Source: Epithemia pelagica (Eukaryota > Protista > Bacillariophyta). Taken from it: a stretch of 64,000 nt of DNA. This document shows, one piece after another, positions 25,298 through 35,568 of this stretch. Position 1 is the first letter of the stretch, and the number at the start of each line of letters is the position of its first letter. Location of the stretch: positions 6,572,001 through 6,636,000 of the forward strand of contig OX337228.1 in NCBI GenBank assembly GCA_946965045.2, given 5' to 3'. The notes under the pieces were generated by a model. That model did no database searches and was not told where the DNA came from. It saw only the letters and a program-made list of their open reading frames with translations. The position numbers were made by a program, and so were the translations under genes.

Positions 25298-28200
25298 ATG
25301 CCCCGATCTTCCCGAGCATCGTCGTCGTCGAATCGTTCCTGTTCGTCTCGTCGTCGTACCAGCACGAATGCCCCACGCAACGAAGTGAACGAAGAAGATG
25401 ATGCAAGAGAAGTTGTTCGTGTCGGACGCCGTGTCCAATTCCCTGTCATGACAGTACTTCCTCCGAGTACACCTCCAACAAACACAGCAACAGCAAATAC
25501 TCCTACAAACAATTCTCCTACGACAACATTGTCTCCTAACGATGACAATGATGATGAATCTACCATGGATAATCATTCCACTAGTCCTGCCCACAATCAA
25601 CAGGCTTCCCCATCCCCCCGTCGTACTCGCGCACCGCAATCGTTACTGGCCGCAGCACGTGGACAAACCTCTATAACCAACCCGACACTCCCTACTCCAC
25701 GAATGACAATTGGCGAAATGCGGGCCATCACCCACCAAATTATGGATACCCTTATGCGCAAGAACACCCGCGATGCCTATAAGTACCGGATTTTAGAGTT
25801 TCGCGGTTTCTGTGCCACAATATACAATTTCCAACCCGAGTGTACACGTTACACTGTCACGGGTGATAAGCTTTACCAATTTCTCTTCTACCAGGTTTTC
25901 CGGGACCAGAAAACCAACAATAAGAAACCTGGTGTATTTAATGTGAGTGACTACGACAGACTGGAGCAAAAATATGTCGCACTCCTTGCTGATAACCAGG
26001 GAACTATCATTGGCAACGAACGTGCTATTTTGGACCAAATGGAACCAGACAATCCGCTCGGTTTTTCCTCCATTTCAACGTACAGAGCTGCTGTACGAAA
26101 GTTATATGACTACCAAGCGGAAGAAGGAAACGGTAGCAATTCTCTTAATTGGGATACCCAAATATGTACCCAAGGCGTTAAGACCTTGTTAAAGATTGTA
26201 GAGGTAAGTACAAAAACTACTGCACGGAACATAAATCTGGACATATGTAATTATCTCACACTTTCTTTCCTTCACAGGGTCGCTCAGCCCGTGTTGCCAA
26301 ACGGAACTACCAGGAGAAAGTAAAGGAATGCTCCCCATTTGAGCACACTGAATTAGTTGGCAAGATTGAAGAATCTTTTTGGCTCACTGGCTGCAGCAAA
26401 ACAGATATTCGCACAACGTTTACGTCACTCAGAAACCGGTTCTCATTTCTTATGAACTATGCTTCTATTCTCAGAAGCGAAAGCCTTCACCTGGCTGAGC
26501 TTTCTGACCTCCGCGTATTCCCCATTAAGTGCAGACAAGACCACGACTCGATGGACATTGTTCTTATGCAGTTTTTCACGGGCAAAACCGTAAAATCCAA
26601 TTCGCCATCGCAATTTGCCCGCGCAACCAGACACCGCGATGTTTTGTCATGTCCGTTGGGCGCTTTAGCGATCTACCTGGTATACCGATTCTCCACCAAC
26701 GTTGAGTTCACCCCAGACTTCCGTTTTCCCGATCTTCGCATTAACTCGGAATGGTTTGACACAAAGATTTTGGTCGAGTTGGGTTCAGACCCCAACCGTC
26801 AAATGGACCAGCAATCTTTCCGTCGTGAACTTTCGAAGGTCTTTAAGAAACTCGGTATAGTATCTGACCATGTTACTCACTGGTGTCGCCACACGGCGCC
26901 TACTCACTGCGAGTTCAAGGAGTTGTCACCTGACTTCGTCAAACAACTCGGTAAGTCTGATTGTTGTTTCATTGTTTCTATGGACATGCATCTCACCATT
27001 CTGTTTTTCTTTCAACAGGCAACTGGGAACGCGACACCCAGGAATCGCGTTACAGTGCCAAAGTTCCCATTTCAGTGATTCGCTGTATGGGAGGCTTTGA
27101 AGTCTCCGAAGGCTATTGGTTGCCCCGCGGTAATGTCAAAGTCCCATCTGAGTTGGAGCAACTTGTCTGGCCATGGATCGAAGGTGCGGAACTCTACGTC
27201 GCTGGGTACGATGACGAAGAGGACGAAGCGGGCATGTCAATGGAGCATCCCACTGCCATGGAATTCCTCCGTTTGCTAAAGTTTTTGCGACGCATATTTA
27301 TTCAGGACATGGCGGCGATGTTATGCATCTTAGACACACCCACAGCGGATGCCCGAGCGTCACAACGACTTTCTCACGACCTGTTCAAGCGTTTTCCTCT
27401 TTTTTCCTCTCCTCTTTTCACGGATTATACAGCCAAAATGAAGGAACAGCTACAATTGGCAAACAGAGTTGACAAGGATCCCAACACTCGTCGAATCGAC
27501 CAATGTTTGCCCGGTATTAACAAACGATTTGACATTTTGGGCAACAGCATGGCGAGGATCGAACGGTCAATGGAGGATGTCCATACACGTATGGAAGACG
27601 ACATGTTTACAACCGCGGACAACTTCCACCAATTGGAAATCCGCATCAACCACGAGGCGAAAAAGCGGCAAATCGCATTCACAGACGCCCTCGGATCTTT
27701 TTTTCACCGAGGAATTTCAGAACGCACAATGGATTTGCAGACATACGCAACAAACCTGGCGCAGTCGCCACACAACAACAATGGTCTCTCGCCCAATGGG
27801 ATTTCGCCAAGTCCCAACAACGAAATCCCTGTGGCCCCTGACATGGGAACGACCGACACTCAAACCCTCCCCCTGGATATCCTCACTGCAGAAGTACCAT
27901 CTCCACACAACGGTAATGAGGCGACAATGCAACAACAGCCTCTACCTGACAATACGGCACCTACGAGGAATAACGAGCCAGACGACGCTACGGACGAGCT
28001 TACGAGGGTGTCTAACAAAGTGATGTCTTTCCGTTTTATTGGTAACAACAGCAGTCTGTGTTTGGCGGAAATCTACCAGGAGTTTTTTGGACTTGGTGAG
28101 TTCCAAGGGATTCCTGTTGATGGTGGCTTCTTCGCTCTGGAACAACAATACAAGACGAAATGGCGGTCTGGGTATTCTCCATCTGAAAAAAATTTTTTCT

Positions 28201-28400
28201 CCCGTGCACAAGCTTTGGTGAAAGGTGTTGCAGCGAAAGTACAAGTCAACGACGGTGTCTGGAACAGTGTTGTGGAGGAACAATGTCAATTATGGGACCA
28301 ATACGTGAAACAAAAGGGTGTATCGGGAGCCTTGCGTTATTTACAGAGTACCGGGGAAATTCGCACAAAGGGCAAACGCAAACGGGATATAGTTAACTAA
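25298..28400 (+). CDS. Crypton-type tyrosine recombinase (NDC10-II/YR domain plus C-terminal GCR1_C), ~986 aa; introns 26204-26277 and 26951-27018
   Basis: Two GT-AG introns join three ORFs in frame. Catalytic-type residues: ILRSES (R), GKT (K), HWCRH (HxxR), QLG|NW..QESRYS (W, Y). GCR1_C-like EIYQEFFG...ALEQQYKTKWR...EKNFFSR. Confidence 0.88.
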
Positions 28401-28516
28401 TGGTTGGTGCCTTCTTGATTGAAGGCGGGTGGTGGTGGGACAATCATGAACTATATCTAAAGTATTAACCCAATAGTCTCGAATCTGCCAAATACTATAT
28501 TTCTTTCTATAGTTAA

Positions 28517-29098
28517 TTATTCACTAATAACAGACTGTGCCAATGAATCACTTTCAAGATTGACAAGGCGCTCCTCCATATGGCCTATTCGTACACTCAA
28601 TCCGTCCATCTGTTTTACAATTGTTTCCAACATTGCCTCTACGCGTCTGTTTGAGTCATGCTCCTGTCCATAGATCTGGGGTGTATCAATTTCTCCCGAC
28701 CCAATGACATCTGGCTGAACGTCCACTGTCATGCCTTTTCTTGTATTCCTTCGACTGGTCTTGGTCTTCTCATCCACCAAATTTTCTGACTGCTTTTTCT
28801 GATAAATAAGAAACTCGTTTGAGAAAATAATGTAATGAGGGTTTTTTTCAATAATAGCCATTGCACCTTCAGCATTATGCGGTACTCGCAAGTTCTGAGG
28901 GGCATAAGCCACTTTCTGACCGTCAGCAAACTGTACGGTAACGCGCCCTTTCTTCTTATAGGGATCGGGTAACCTTGTAACCCAACCACAATGATCCTTC
29001 CGTTGCGACCATTGAGATCGGACAGCGACCACATCCCCTAACTTCCAGCGGCAGATCCTAGGAGAATCGACAAAGCTCCGAGGAGACTCGTCATCCAT
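28517..29098 (-). CDS. Element cargo: SH3/KOW/Tudor-like beta-barrel protein with C-terminal coiled coil
   Basis: ATG 29098 (MDDESP); WKLGDVVAV...GWVTRL...RVTVQFADGQKVAYAPQNL pattern; heptads MLETIVKQMDGLSVRIGHMEERLVNLE. Confidence 0.6.
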   Translation of the reverse strand: MDDESPRSFVDSPRICRWKLGDVVAVRSQWSQRKDHCGWVTRLPDPYKKKGRVTVQFADGQKVAYAPQNLRVPHNAEGAMAIIEKNPHYIIFSNEFLIYQKKQSENLVDEKTKTSRRNTRKGMTVDVQPDVIGSGEIDTPQIYGQEHDSNRRVEAMLETIVKQMDGLSVRIGHMEERLVNLESDSLAQSVISE

Positions 29099-29292
29099 TG
29101 TCTCAGAGAACTCTAGGTTTTGATAAATATTGGTTGCACGAGTCAAACGGACTGGAAATGGTATGGATCCATCCAATGCAATCCAATGAACTGAGAAGTT
29201 TCCTGTCGACTCCACTCGCAAACATTGGAGACTTGACGACCGCACGATTTGACAACAAACAACAATCAAACAACTTTGGCCATAAACCAAGG

Positions 29293-30324
29293 ATGGATCC
29301 TAAGAAAAAGGTCAAGGACGAACCAACAAATTCGTCTCCTAACAACAATCAGGTCATCTACATACTTGATTCTTCGTCGGAAAGTTCCACTCCTATGAGC
29401 GAAGGAAAGCAACAACCAAAAACCGATCCCGACGAAAAAGTCGAGGATAAAATCATGGGTCCTACGGCTGGAAAAGGCAAGGAGAAAAACAATCCTGATG
29501 GAAAAGAGGAGAGTGACAAAAAAGGCGAGGAGATCGAGAATGAGAAGAGCAACAAAATTTTGGGAAAGCGCAAAAAAGCTCCACCCTCTGCCAATACGAC
29601 TGAGGGAGTCAACAACATCGTCGGTCCTGTTCCTGTTTCTACTCCATCCCAATCGATTCCCAACTCAACCGCGCTTGGTAGTACTCTTTTCCCAACACAA
29701 ATGACTACCAACATGACCACTCCTCTTTCCATGTCGGGGGCCAATCTCAACCCGGTCTGTCCCCTTACAACGCACAACCTTCCTATAAACCTTCCTGTTC
29801 TTCAACAGAGTGGCAATCTCGGGCCTGGAAAATATAAACGATTCTTCACTTTCCACGGATTCAACCGTATTCCTCGGACTAACACCGAAGCGAAAGACTT
29901 CATATCGTGCTTTCTCCGGTATTTGGATTCGGAGGGAGACATCTTGTCCTTTCACTCCCGGTCGCTAATGGATCATGAAGACACTAAAACTTACCGCAGT
30001 GGTATCCCAAATGGTATGCGCTTGGTCCGCCTGGACGTATACCATCACCGTCATCCCGATTTCATCCATGAGCGGAAATTGTTTCCATGCCAAGTTGTAC
30101 AGACGTTTCTGTTGTATGCTGCTGGTATTCCTGTACTCCGTATCACCATGTCAGAGCCTAAAATTCATATCATGGAATCGGCGACTGTTTCTGGTTACAT
30201 TCATTTCGGTACTCGTCATATCGAATCTCCTGATGAACCGAACCAGGCAGTCGTACCGTGTAAGATTGCTGTCAGTCCCGTTGGTGATTCTGGCACCGTG
30301 ACTACCTTTTACCCCCATCCGTAG
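29293..30324 (+). CDS. Element cargo: unknown protein, disordered N-terminus plus novel C-terminal domain (paralogue of 30563-31267)
   Basis: ATG 29293 (MDPKKK); long intact ORF; motifs KRFFTFHG, IPNG..LDVY, LLYAAGIPVLRI. Confidence 0.75.
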   Translation: MDPKKKVKDEPTNSSPNNNQVIYILDSSSESSTPMSEGKQQPKTDPDEKVEDKIMGPTAGKGKEKNNPDGKEESDKKGEEIENEKSNKILGKRKKAPPSANTTEGVNNIVGPVPVSTPSQSIPNSTALGSTLFPTQMTTNMTTPLSMSGANLNPVCPLTTHNLPINLPVLQQSGNLGPGKYKRFFTFHGFNRIPRTNTEAKDFISCFLRYLDSEGDILSFHSRSLMDHEDTKTYRSGIPNGMRLVRLDVYHHRHPDFIHERKLFPCQVVQTFLLYAAGIPVLRITMSEPKIHIMESATVSGYIHFGTRHIESPDEPNQAVVPCKIAVSPVGDSGTVTTFYPHP

Positions 30325-30562
30325 GTAGAGTAAAGAGAATAACTATGTAATAAATTATGAGAGTACCAATAACAGAGTACCAATAGCACTATTTAACAAC
30401 AGTATAGACAAATTTGTTTCCCGATTTTGTCATTTAACTGCACATTTATGTGGCAAAATTTTGGGTGAATACAAAGGACTGAAATTTCTATTCTTGTAGT
30501 AGATTCCTTATTCCCAATTCGCAAAAAAGACGTAACATCTTATAGTCATAAAAACATCCATT

Positions 30563-31267
30563 ATGGATGTTAATAGGGGAGTATGGCCGTACTTAGAGGG
30601 TCGGCATTACAACGTTGAACCTTTCGCCACTGATAACCAGTATGCATGGAACGACAGGATTAAACAGTTTTTCACTTTCCATGGAGATGACGTGAACCAA
30701 CCAACCAAAATACAACGCATTGTACAAGAGGTTTTAAATATTATGGGAGAAGATGCAACACCTAGAGGGTTCTCTCTTGAAGAAGGTACAAGCAATACAT
30801 ATTACACCGAGTGCCGTTTCCATCGATTTATTCCCGACGGCGCACATATCAAATCTATGGACTTATATCGTATGGATAACAAGAACGGGAACAACCACAG
30901 GATCACATACCAGGTTACGTCATCGCGAATTCTCTACCTAAGTGGAAATCCTGTTATGCGAATTAAATCAACTCTACCGGAACTGTATGTTTTTAACCAA
31001 GACTGGCTACTTCTTGAAATACAAAGGTCCGAGAATACTGAGTCGGTACAATCAAAGACTGGTATTTGTATATCTAACCACATGTTGGATTCGATCCCAG
31101 ATCAAGACCCCAACACAATTCATCCGAGAGACTTTTACCTGGTTGTTCCGTTAGGCAATTGGACTTCGCGTCTGCAGGGAACAGTGGAACGAGACGAATT
31201 TAACCAAATTAAGAGGGGAGAATCGCCCAATAACCGTAATGTTCGAAGGCGTACATCTAGGTACTAA
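30563..31267 (+). CDS. Element cargo: unknown protein, paralogue of 29293-30324
   Basis: Motifs KQFFTFHG, IPDG..MDLY, ILYLSGNPVMRI, colinear with the upstream ORF. Confidence 0.75.
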   Translation: MDVNRGVWPYLEGRHYNVEPFATDNQYAWNDRIKQFFTFHGDDVNQPTKIQRIVQEVLNIMGEDATPRGFSLEEGTSNTYYTECRFHRFIPDGAHIKSMDLYRMDNKNGNNHRITYQVTSSRILYLSGNPVMRIKSTLPELYVFNQDWLLLEIQRSENTESVQSKTGICISNHMLDSIPDQDPNTIHPRDFYLVVPLGNWTSRLQGTVERDEFNQIKRGESPNNRNVRRRTSRY

Positions 31268-31310
31268 AACACTTATAGTTTAAACGATTGGACTCAATGA
31301 TTTACGTAAT

Positions 31311-31784
31311 TTAGGGATTTTTACTGTCGAAAAAATCTTTGATATTTTTCTGCTTGTATTTCGTCTCCTCCGTCTTCTTATCAAACGGACGGAACACACG
31401 ACGATAAGATCCGTAATGCAAAATGGCATCTTCATTGTCAAACAAGGTGATGGCAGTCACTTTGTCATTCGGGTGGCCATGATCAACATCCTCCGGCTTG
31501 ATCACTTCATCCTTGGAGACAGGGGACGGTTGGTCCTTGAGGAAGGACGAAATGTCTTCATGTTCCTCGGTTAGGAAATCCTCGTAATCCGTTCCTTCCT
31601 CCTCTCTTTCAACTTCGTCCAGGTAGCCGCGGTTTTCCTTGGCTTCCCATTCATCAATTTTTTTCTGTAGGGACTTGGGGATGACCTTGTTGTAGTCTTC
31701 CTCCTCCTTGTCGTAGGAGGAATCCATGGACATCTCCAAGATTCGATCAAACGTAGTAGTAGACTTGTCGTCCTGAGAAACCAT
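31311..31784 (-). CDS. Element cargo: acidic 157-aa protein with C-terminal PIP box
   Basis: ATG 31784 (MVSQDD); very D/E-rich; ends KQKNIKDFFDSKNP (QxxIxxFF). Confidence 0.7.
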   Translation of the reverse strand: MVSQDDKSTTTFDRILEMSMDSSYDKEEEDYNKVIPKSLQKKIDEWEAKENRGYLDEVEREEEGTDYEDFLTEEHEDISSFLKDQPSPVSKDEVIKPEDVDHGHPNDKVTAITLFDNEDAILHYGSYRRVFRPFDKKTEETKYKQKNIKDFFDSKNP

Positions 31785-32082
31785 GGTGAATATTGTTACC
31801 GTATTTCGTGTGGATGCAATAAATTTGTAGTGTGTACCAAGTGAACGCGTGCCTAGACCTACAGAGAGCAAAGTCAACTTCTTAAACCAGCGCGTATAAA
31901 TATCTATAATACGAAAACTCAGTGTTCGTACCATCAGGTGCAAGTAAGACATGAACATATAGGAAGAAAACAACTGAAAATAACGGTTCGAGAGGCAAGC
32001 CAGTCAATAAGTTTGGGCGCCATCGTGGGTGAGATTTCAACAACACACGATACTCGAAACAAACAAACAAACGAGGTATACG

Positions 32083-32466
32083 ATGGCGACAAACGACGCG
32101 TTATGGTGTGGACAATGTCGAAGTCACAGTTGTATGGAATGCGACAGAATATTTCTACAGGCCATGCGTAGTCAAGTTGAATACTGTATGTCGGGGAAGG
32201 ACAATAAGGTGATGAAGAGGAGGAAAGAAGGAAAGGAACAAAAAGTAAAGCTACAAGCAGTCCAAGCAAGAAACGCAACTGAAGCATATTTGTCAACGAC
32301 GAAAAGGAAACTACTATTCCAGAGTTGCATTCATTCTACTTCTACTACAAAGAAAATGAAAAAAGGAAAGATTGTGTCAGAGAGGCAGCAATCAACGAGA
32401 ACGATACAACACGATGGTGATTTGTCCAAAAAGATTGTGCAGGAGAACAAAGAGGATAGAGAATAG
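32083..32466 (+). CDS. Element cargo: basic 127-aa protein with N-terminal CxxC-x4-CxxC motif
   Basis: ATG 32083; WCGQCRSHSCMEC; K/R-rich remainder. Confidence 0.55.
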   Translation: MATNDALWCGQCRSHSCMECDRIFLQAMRSQVEYCMSGKDNKVMKRRKEGKEQKVKLQAVQARNATEAYLSTTKRKLLFQSCIHSTSTTKKMKKGKIVSERQQSTRTIQHDGDLSKKIVQENKEDRE

Positions 32467-32870
32467 CCGCTTAAGAAACCAACACTGTGGTGTAGAAATC
32501 ACATTACTGTCACGCTATTGTATTGTAGGAATCTTCGACCTTAGGCATTTTGTACCATCAGACATCAGACAGTCATCAACGTCAACGATAGAGTGTGGCT
32601 CAATTAGTAGGTTGGTGGTAAGTATTTAGGGAAAATTTAATGGGCGTATGGCAATGTATCCTACTGGGTAGTTGGTATGACATGCGCGGAATTCAAATGA
32701 AAAGACGTTAAAACTGGCCTTACTCGGTAAGTTTGCGCCGATCTGGACTTACTGGACTGGGATAAAACGGCGCGTATCCTACGTGATTGACTACGGGGTG
32801 GAGTCCCTTATCCCAGGATACATAATTGTCCTGAGATCAATAACGTTCTATTATTGAGAACAACTCGACC

Positions 32871-35410
32871 ATGGACTTCTCTTCGGTTCCTCGAGCGTTG
32901 GAGAGTTTGAATCGTCGCAATCCTCCATTGGATGACCAAGTATTGAAAGTGGCGGAATCACTGCTCCATTCTCCAAACAATGATGATGATTCCACCACAC
33001 AATCATCCTTTTGCAATCACTTGTCGGTTCTGTTGGAGGCAGGTTCACAACCAGTGGCAGCCGAGGGCCAAAGTCGTCCTCCTCGTCGCTGGGAATCTTT
33101 GGCCGTGGGTTTATACGTGGCAACCGAGGTGTTGAGTCAGCAGATTTCCAAACTGGAACAAAGGTCCATCACGTCGAACGAAAACAATACTGTCGCAGTG
33201 ACTGTGGGTGGTGAAGGAGTGTACATGGATGGACCTCGAGTTCCCTCCATTCAGACGACCACAACATCGAATGGTTCCGAAACTCCAAAGGCAGCTTCAG
33301 GTGTTGTGGCTGGGAAATGGACAAGTCCTGATCTGGAAGACGATGAGATTCTTTCCTTGTGCAAGATGTTGCACCCGGTAGCACTGGACCATTTGGAGGA
33401 TTCGGAACCACGCGTCCGAGCACTGGTGGCCAAGGCGGCCGGTGTGTACTGTAAGGCAACCGTGTTGTTGCAGCAGGGAGAGTCGTTGCGCATCGACATT
33501 CACTCGCGCGTCGTGTCCTCCATTCAACAGCATCTCGCTCAGGGACGAAAAACGGCCGAAGAAGCCGGAAGCAACTTTAGCAAATCCAGTACGGGCGCCT
33601 TGGATGATACGACAGGATGGCGAGCTCTCGAAACCAATTGGCAATGCTTGGCGGCCCTCATTAGTGCCATGGGACCCCTGTATTTGGATGATTTTGGAGC
33701 CTTTTCCGACCAACTCTTGCAAGATTGTCAACACTCGTGCGTGGTTCATGTCAATCGACATGTACGCGCCGCGGGTATGGCAGTTTTGGAACAGTGCGTG
33801 GCGGCCGCTGTCCGGTCACCAGTTCATTCCGCCTCCCTCCTGGCGGATACTCAATCTTCTTTTTCGAAAACCATGGTGGTGGTCCTTCGGGATGGTCTTG
33901 CGGTACGTTTCTGTTTAAGTGTCGTTGGGGCGTTGTTTCCTCTCGCTTTTGTATCCCTCACAGCCCATTTGTCGAATCGTTTCCTTGCTGTTTTTGCTTT
34001 GTCCGTGTGCGACAGGACAATTGGTCCCAAGTACGCATGGCCGCATCTGTTCTCTGTCGAGCCTACCTGGTGGCTCTCAAGAATTGCCAGGTCGATTTCA
34101 CCAAAGTCTTTCCCTCTCTGTTGCCCCGCATGTGTTTGAATCGGTTTTATTTGGCCCAAGGAGTCAAGTTGTACAGTCACGAAACCTGGCGTATGGTCAT
34201 GGAGACTTCGGGCATTGGGTATGTGGTGCAATATTTACCGGCCGTGTGTCGGTACTATGTCAAAATGTGCGATGCCGACAATCACGTGGTCCGCGAAGCG
34301 GCCTGTCAAGCCATTGCCGAACTTGCCGTGCGGTTGGGAGAAGACGACACGTACCACAGCAAGTTGCAACCTCATGTCGACCTCTTGCTCCATGCACTCC
34401 TCATGTGCTTTCACGATGAATCCTGGCCGGTTCGAGATGAAGCCTGTTTGGCCTGTGGCATTTTGTGTCGGTCCTATCCCGACGAGTGTCGTCCACAACT
34501 CAACACCTTGTGGCAACGATGGTCGGAACAATTGACGGATCAGATTTGGTCGGTGCGGGAAGATGCTGCGGTGGCCCTGGGCGATGCACTAGAGGCCTAT
34601 GGAACCGAGTTTTACCAAAAGATCCAGGCCCTGCTGAGCGAGTTGTTGCCCTCGGCCAAAAACCAACCCGCCATGACCATGGCCGAGTACAAGGCACGCC
34701 AAAATGATGCGGCAGCCCATACGAATTCCCAATTGTATAGTTGCGGAAGTCTGGCTCCCAAACTGAACAAACGCAAAGAAGGGGCGGGACGGATCGGCTG
34801 TAGCTCGTGCGCGGTGGATCGGGAAAAACAACCCTGGGAAGCTACCGACGGCTCAATCTACATGATTCGGGAGTTGGTCACGCGTTGTTGCAATGCCCCA
34901 GAGAATGATGACGGAGGCAGCAACAACGTGGTGGTACTGAGCGATGCGGAAATCAAGGCATGGCTCGAGCAACTCGCCGATGTCTGTCGTGTCCGACACT
35001 TTCCACAGGCCGATGATTTGCGCGCCACATTGTGGAGGCAACTACCTGCCATGGCCCAAGCGCTGGGGAAACAACGGTTTAAGCGAAACGGATACTTGGA
35101 AATCTTTGTGGATATGCTTTTTTCCAGCATGGATTCCAAAAGTGGTGCCTCACAACTCTGTCAACATGCGGCGGGTCAATGTGCCGAAGAACTCTCCGAG
35201 CTGATGGGCGTGGCCATTTTTCGAGGGCGTTTGGAAGATGACTATCAACGAGAAATATTTGATCGCGTCATGCGAGAACGGCGGGCCATGTCCAAAGGAC
35301 CGGCCAGTATCATGGACGGTGGAGCCGCCTTTTCTCCCTTTGGTCCTCCCGGACTCTTGAGTGGAGTTGGGAACGGTGAGTCCGCGGCAGTCTTTCCCGG
35401 CCGAGTCTAA
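32871..35410 (+). CDS. ARM/HEAT-repeat protein; intron 33903-34015
   Basis: HEAT-like EPRVRALVAK, NRHVRAAG, GLA|DNWSQVRMAA, NHVVREAAC, SWPVRDEAC, IWSVREDAA; splice in frame. Confidence 0.85.
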
Positions 35411-35568
35411 TTGGAGAGTGTTGGATAGTATATAGCGATAGATAGTTTGGAGAAAATGATACAGATATTAGGCTCTACGGTTCGATATATACATATTCTT
35501 GTTTTGTGTATGGATCAATGTCACGGACATTACCATCGTCATCAAAAAAGAATAAGAAATCAAGTATG

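Larger units (their letters stand above)
24898..32820 (+). mobile_element. Putative ~7.9-kb Crypton-type tyrosine-recombinase element with five cargo ORFs
   Basis: YR gene at the left end; compact intronless unknown ORFs; CCCAGGATA at 24898-24906 and 32812-32820; GGATA/TATCC clusters at both ends. Boundaries are inferred. Confidence 0.72.

Noticed and set aside
24898-32820. Integrated virophage / Polinton-like virus
   Set aside because: No recognisable capsid, packaging ATPase, protease or polymerase, and the recombinase has introns and a GCR1_C-like tail. Revisit only if the duplicated cargo domain folds as a jelly-roll
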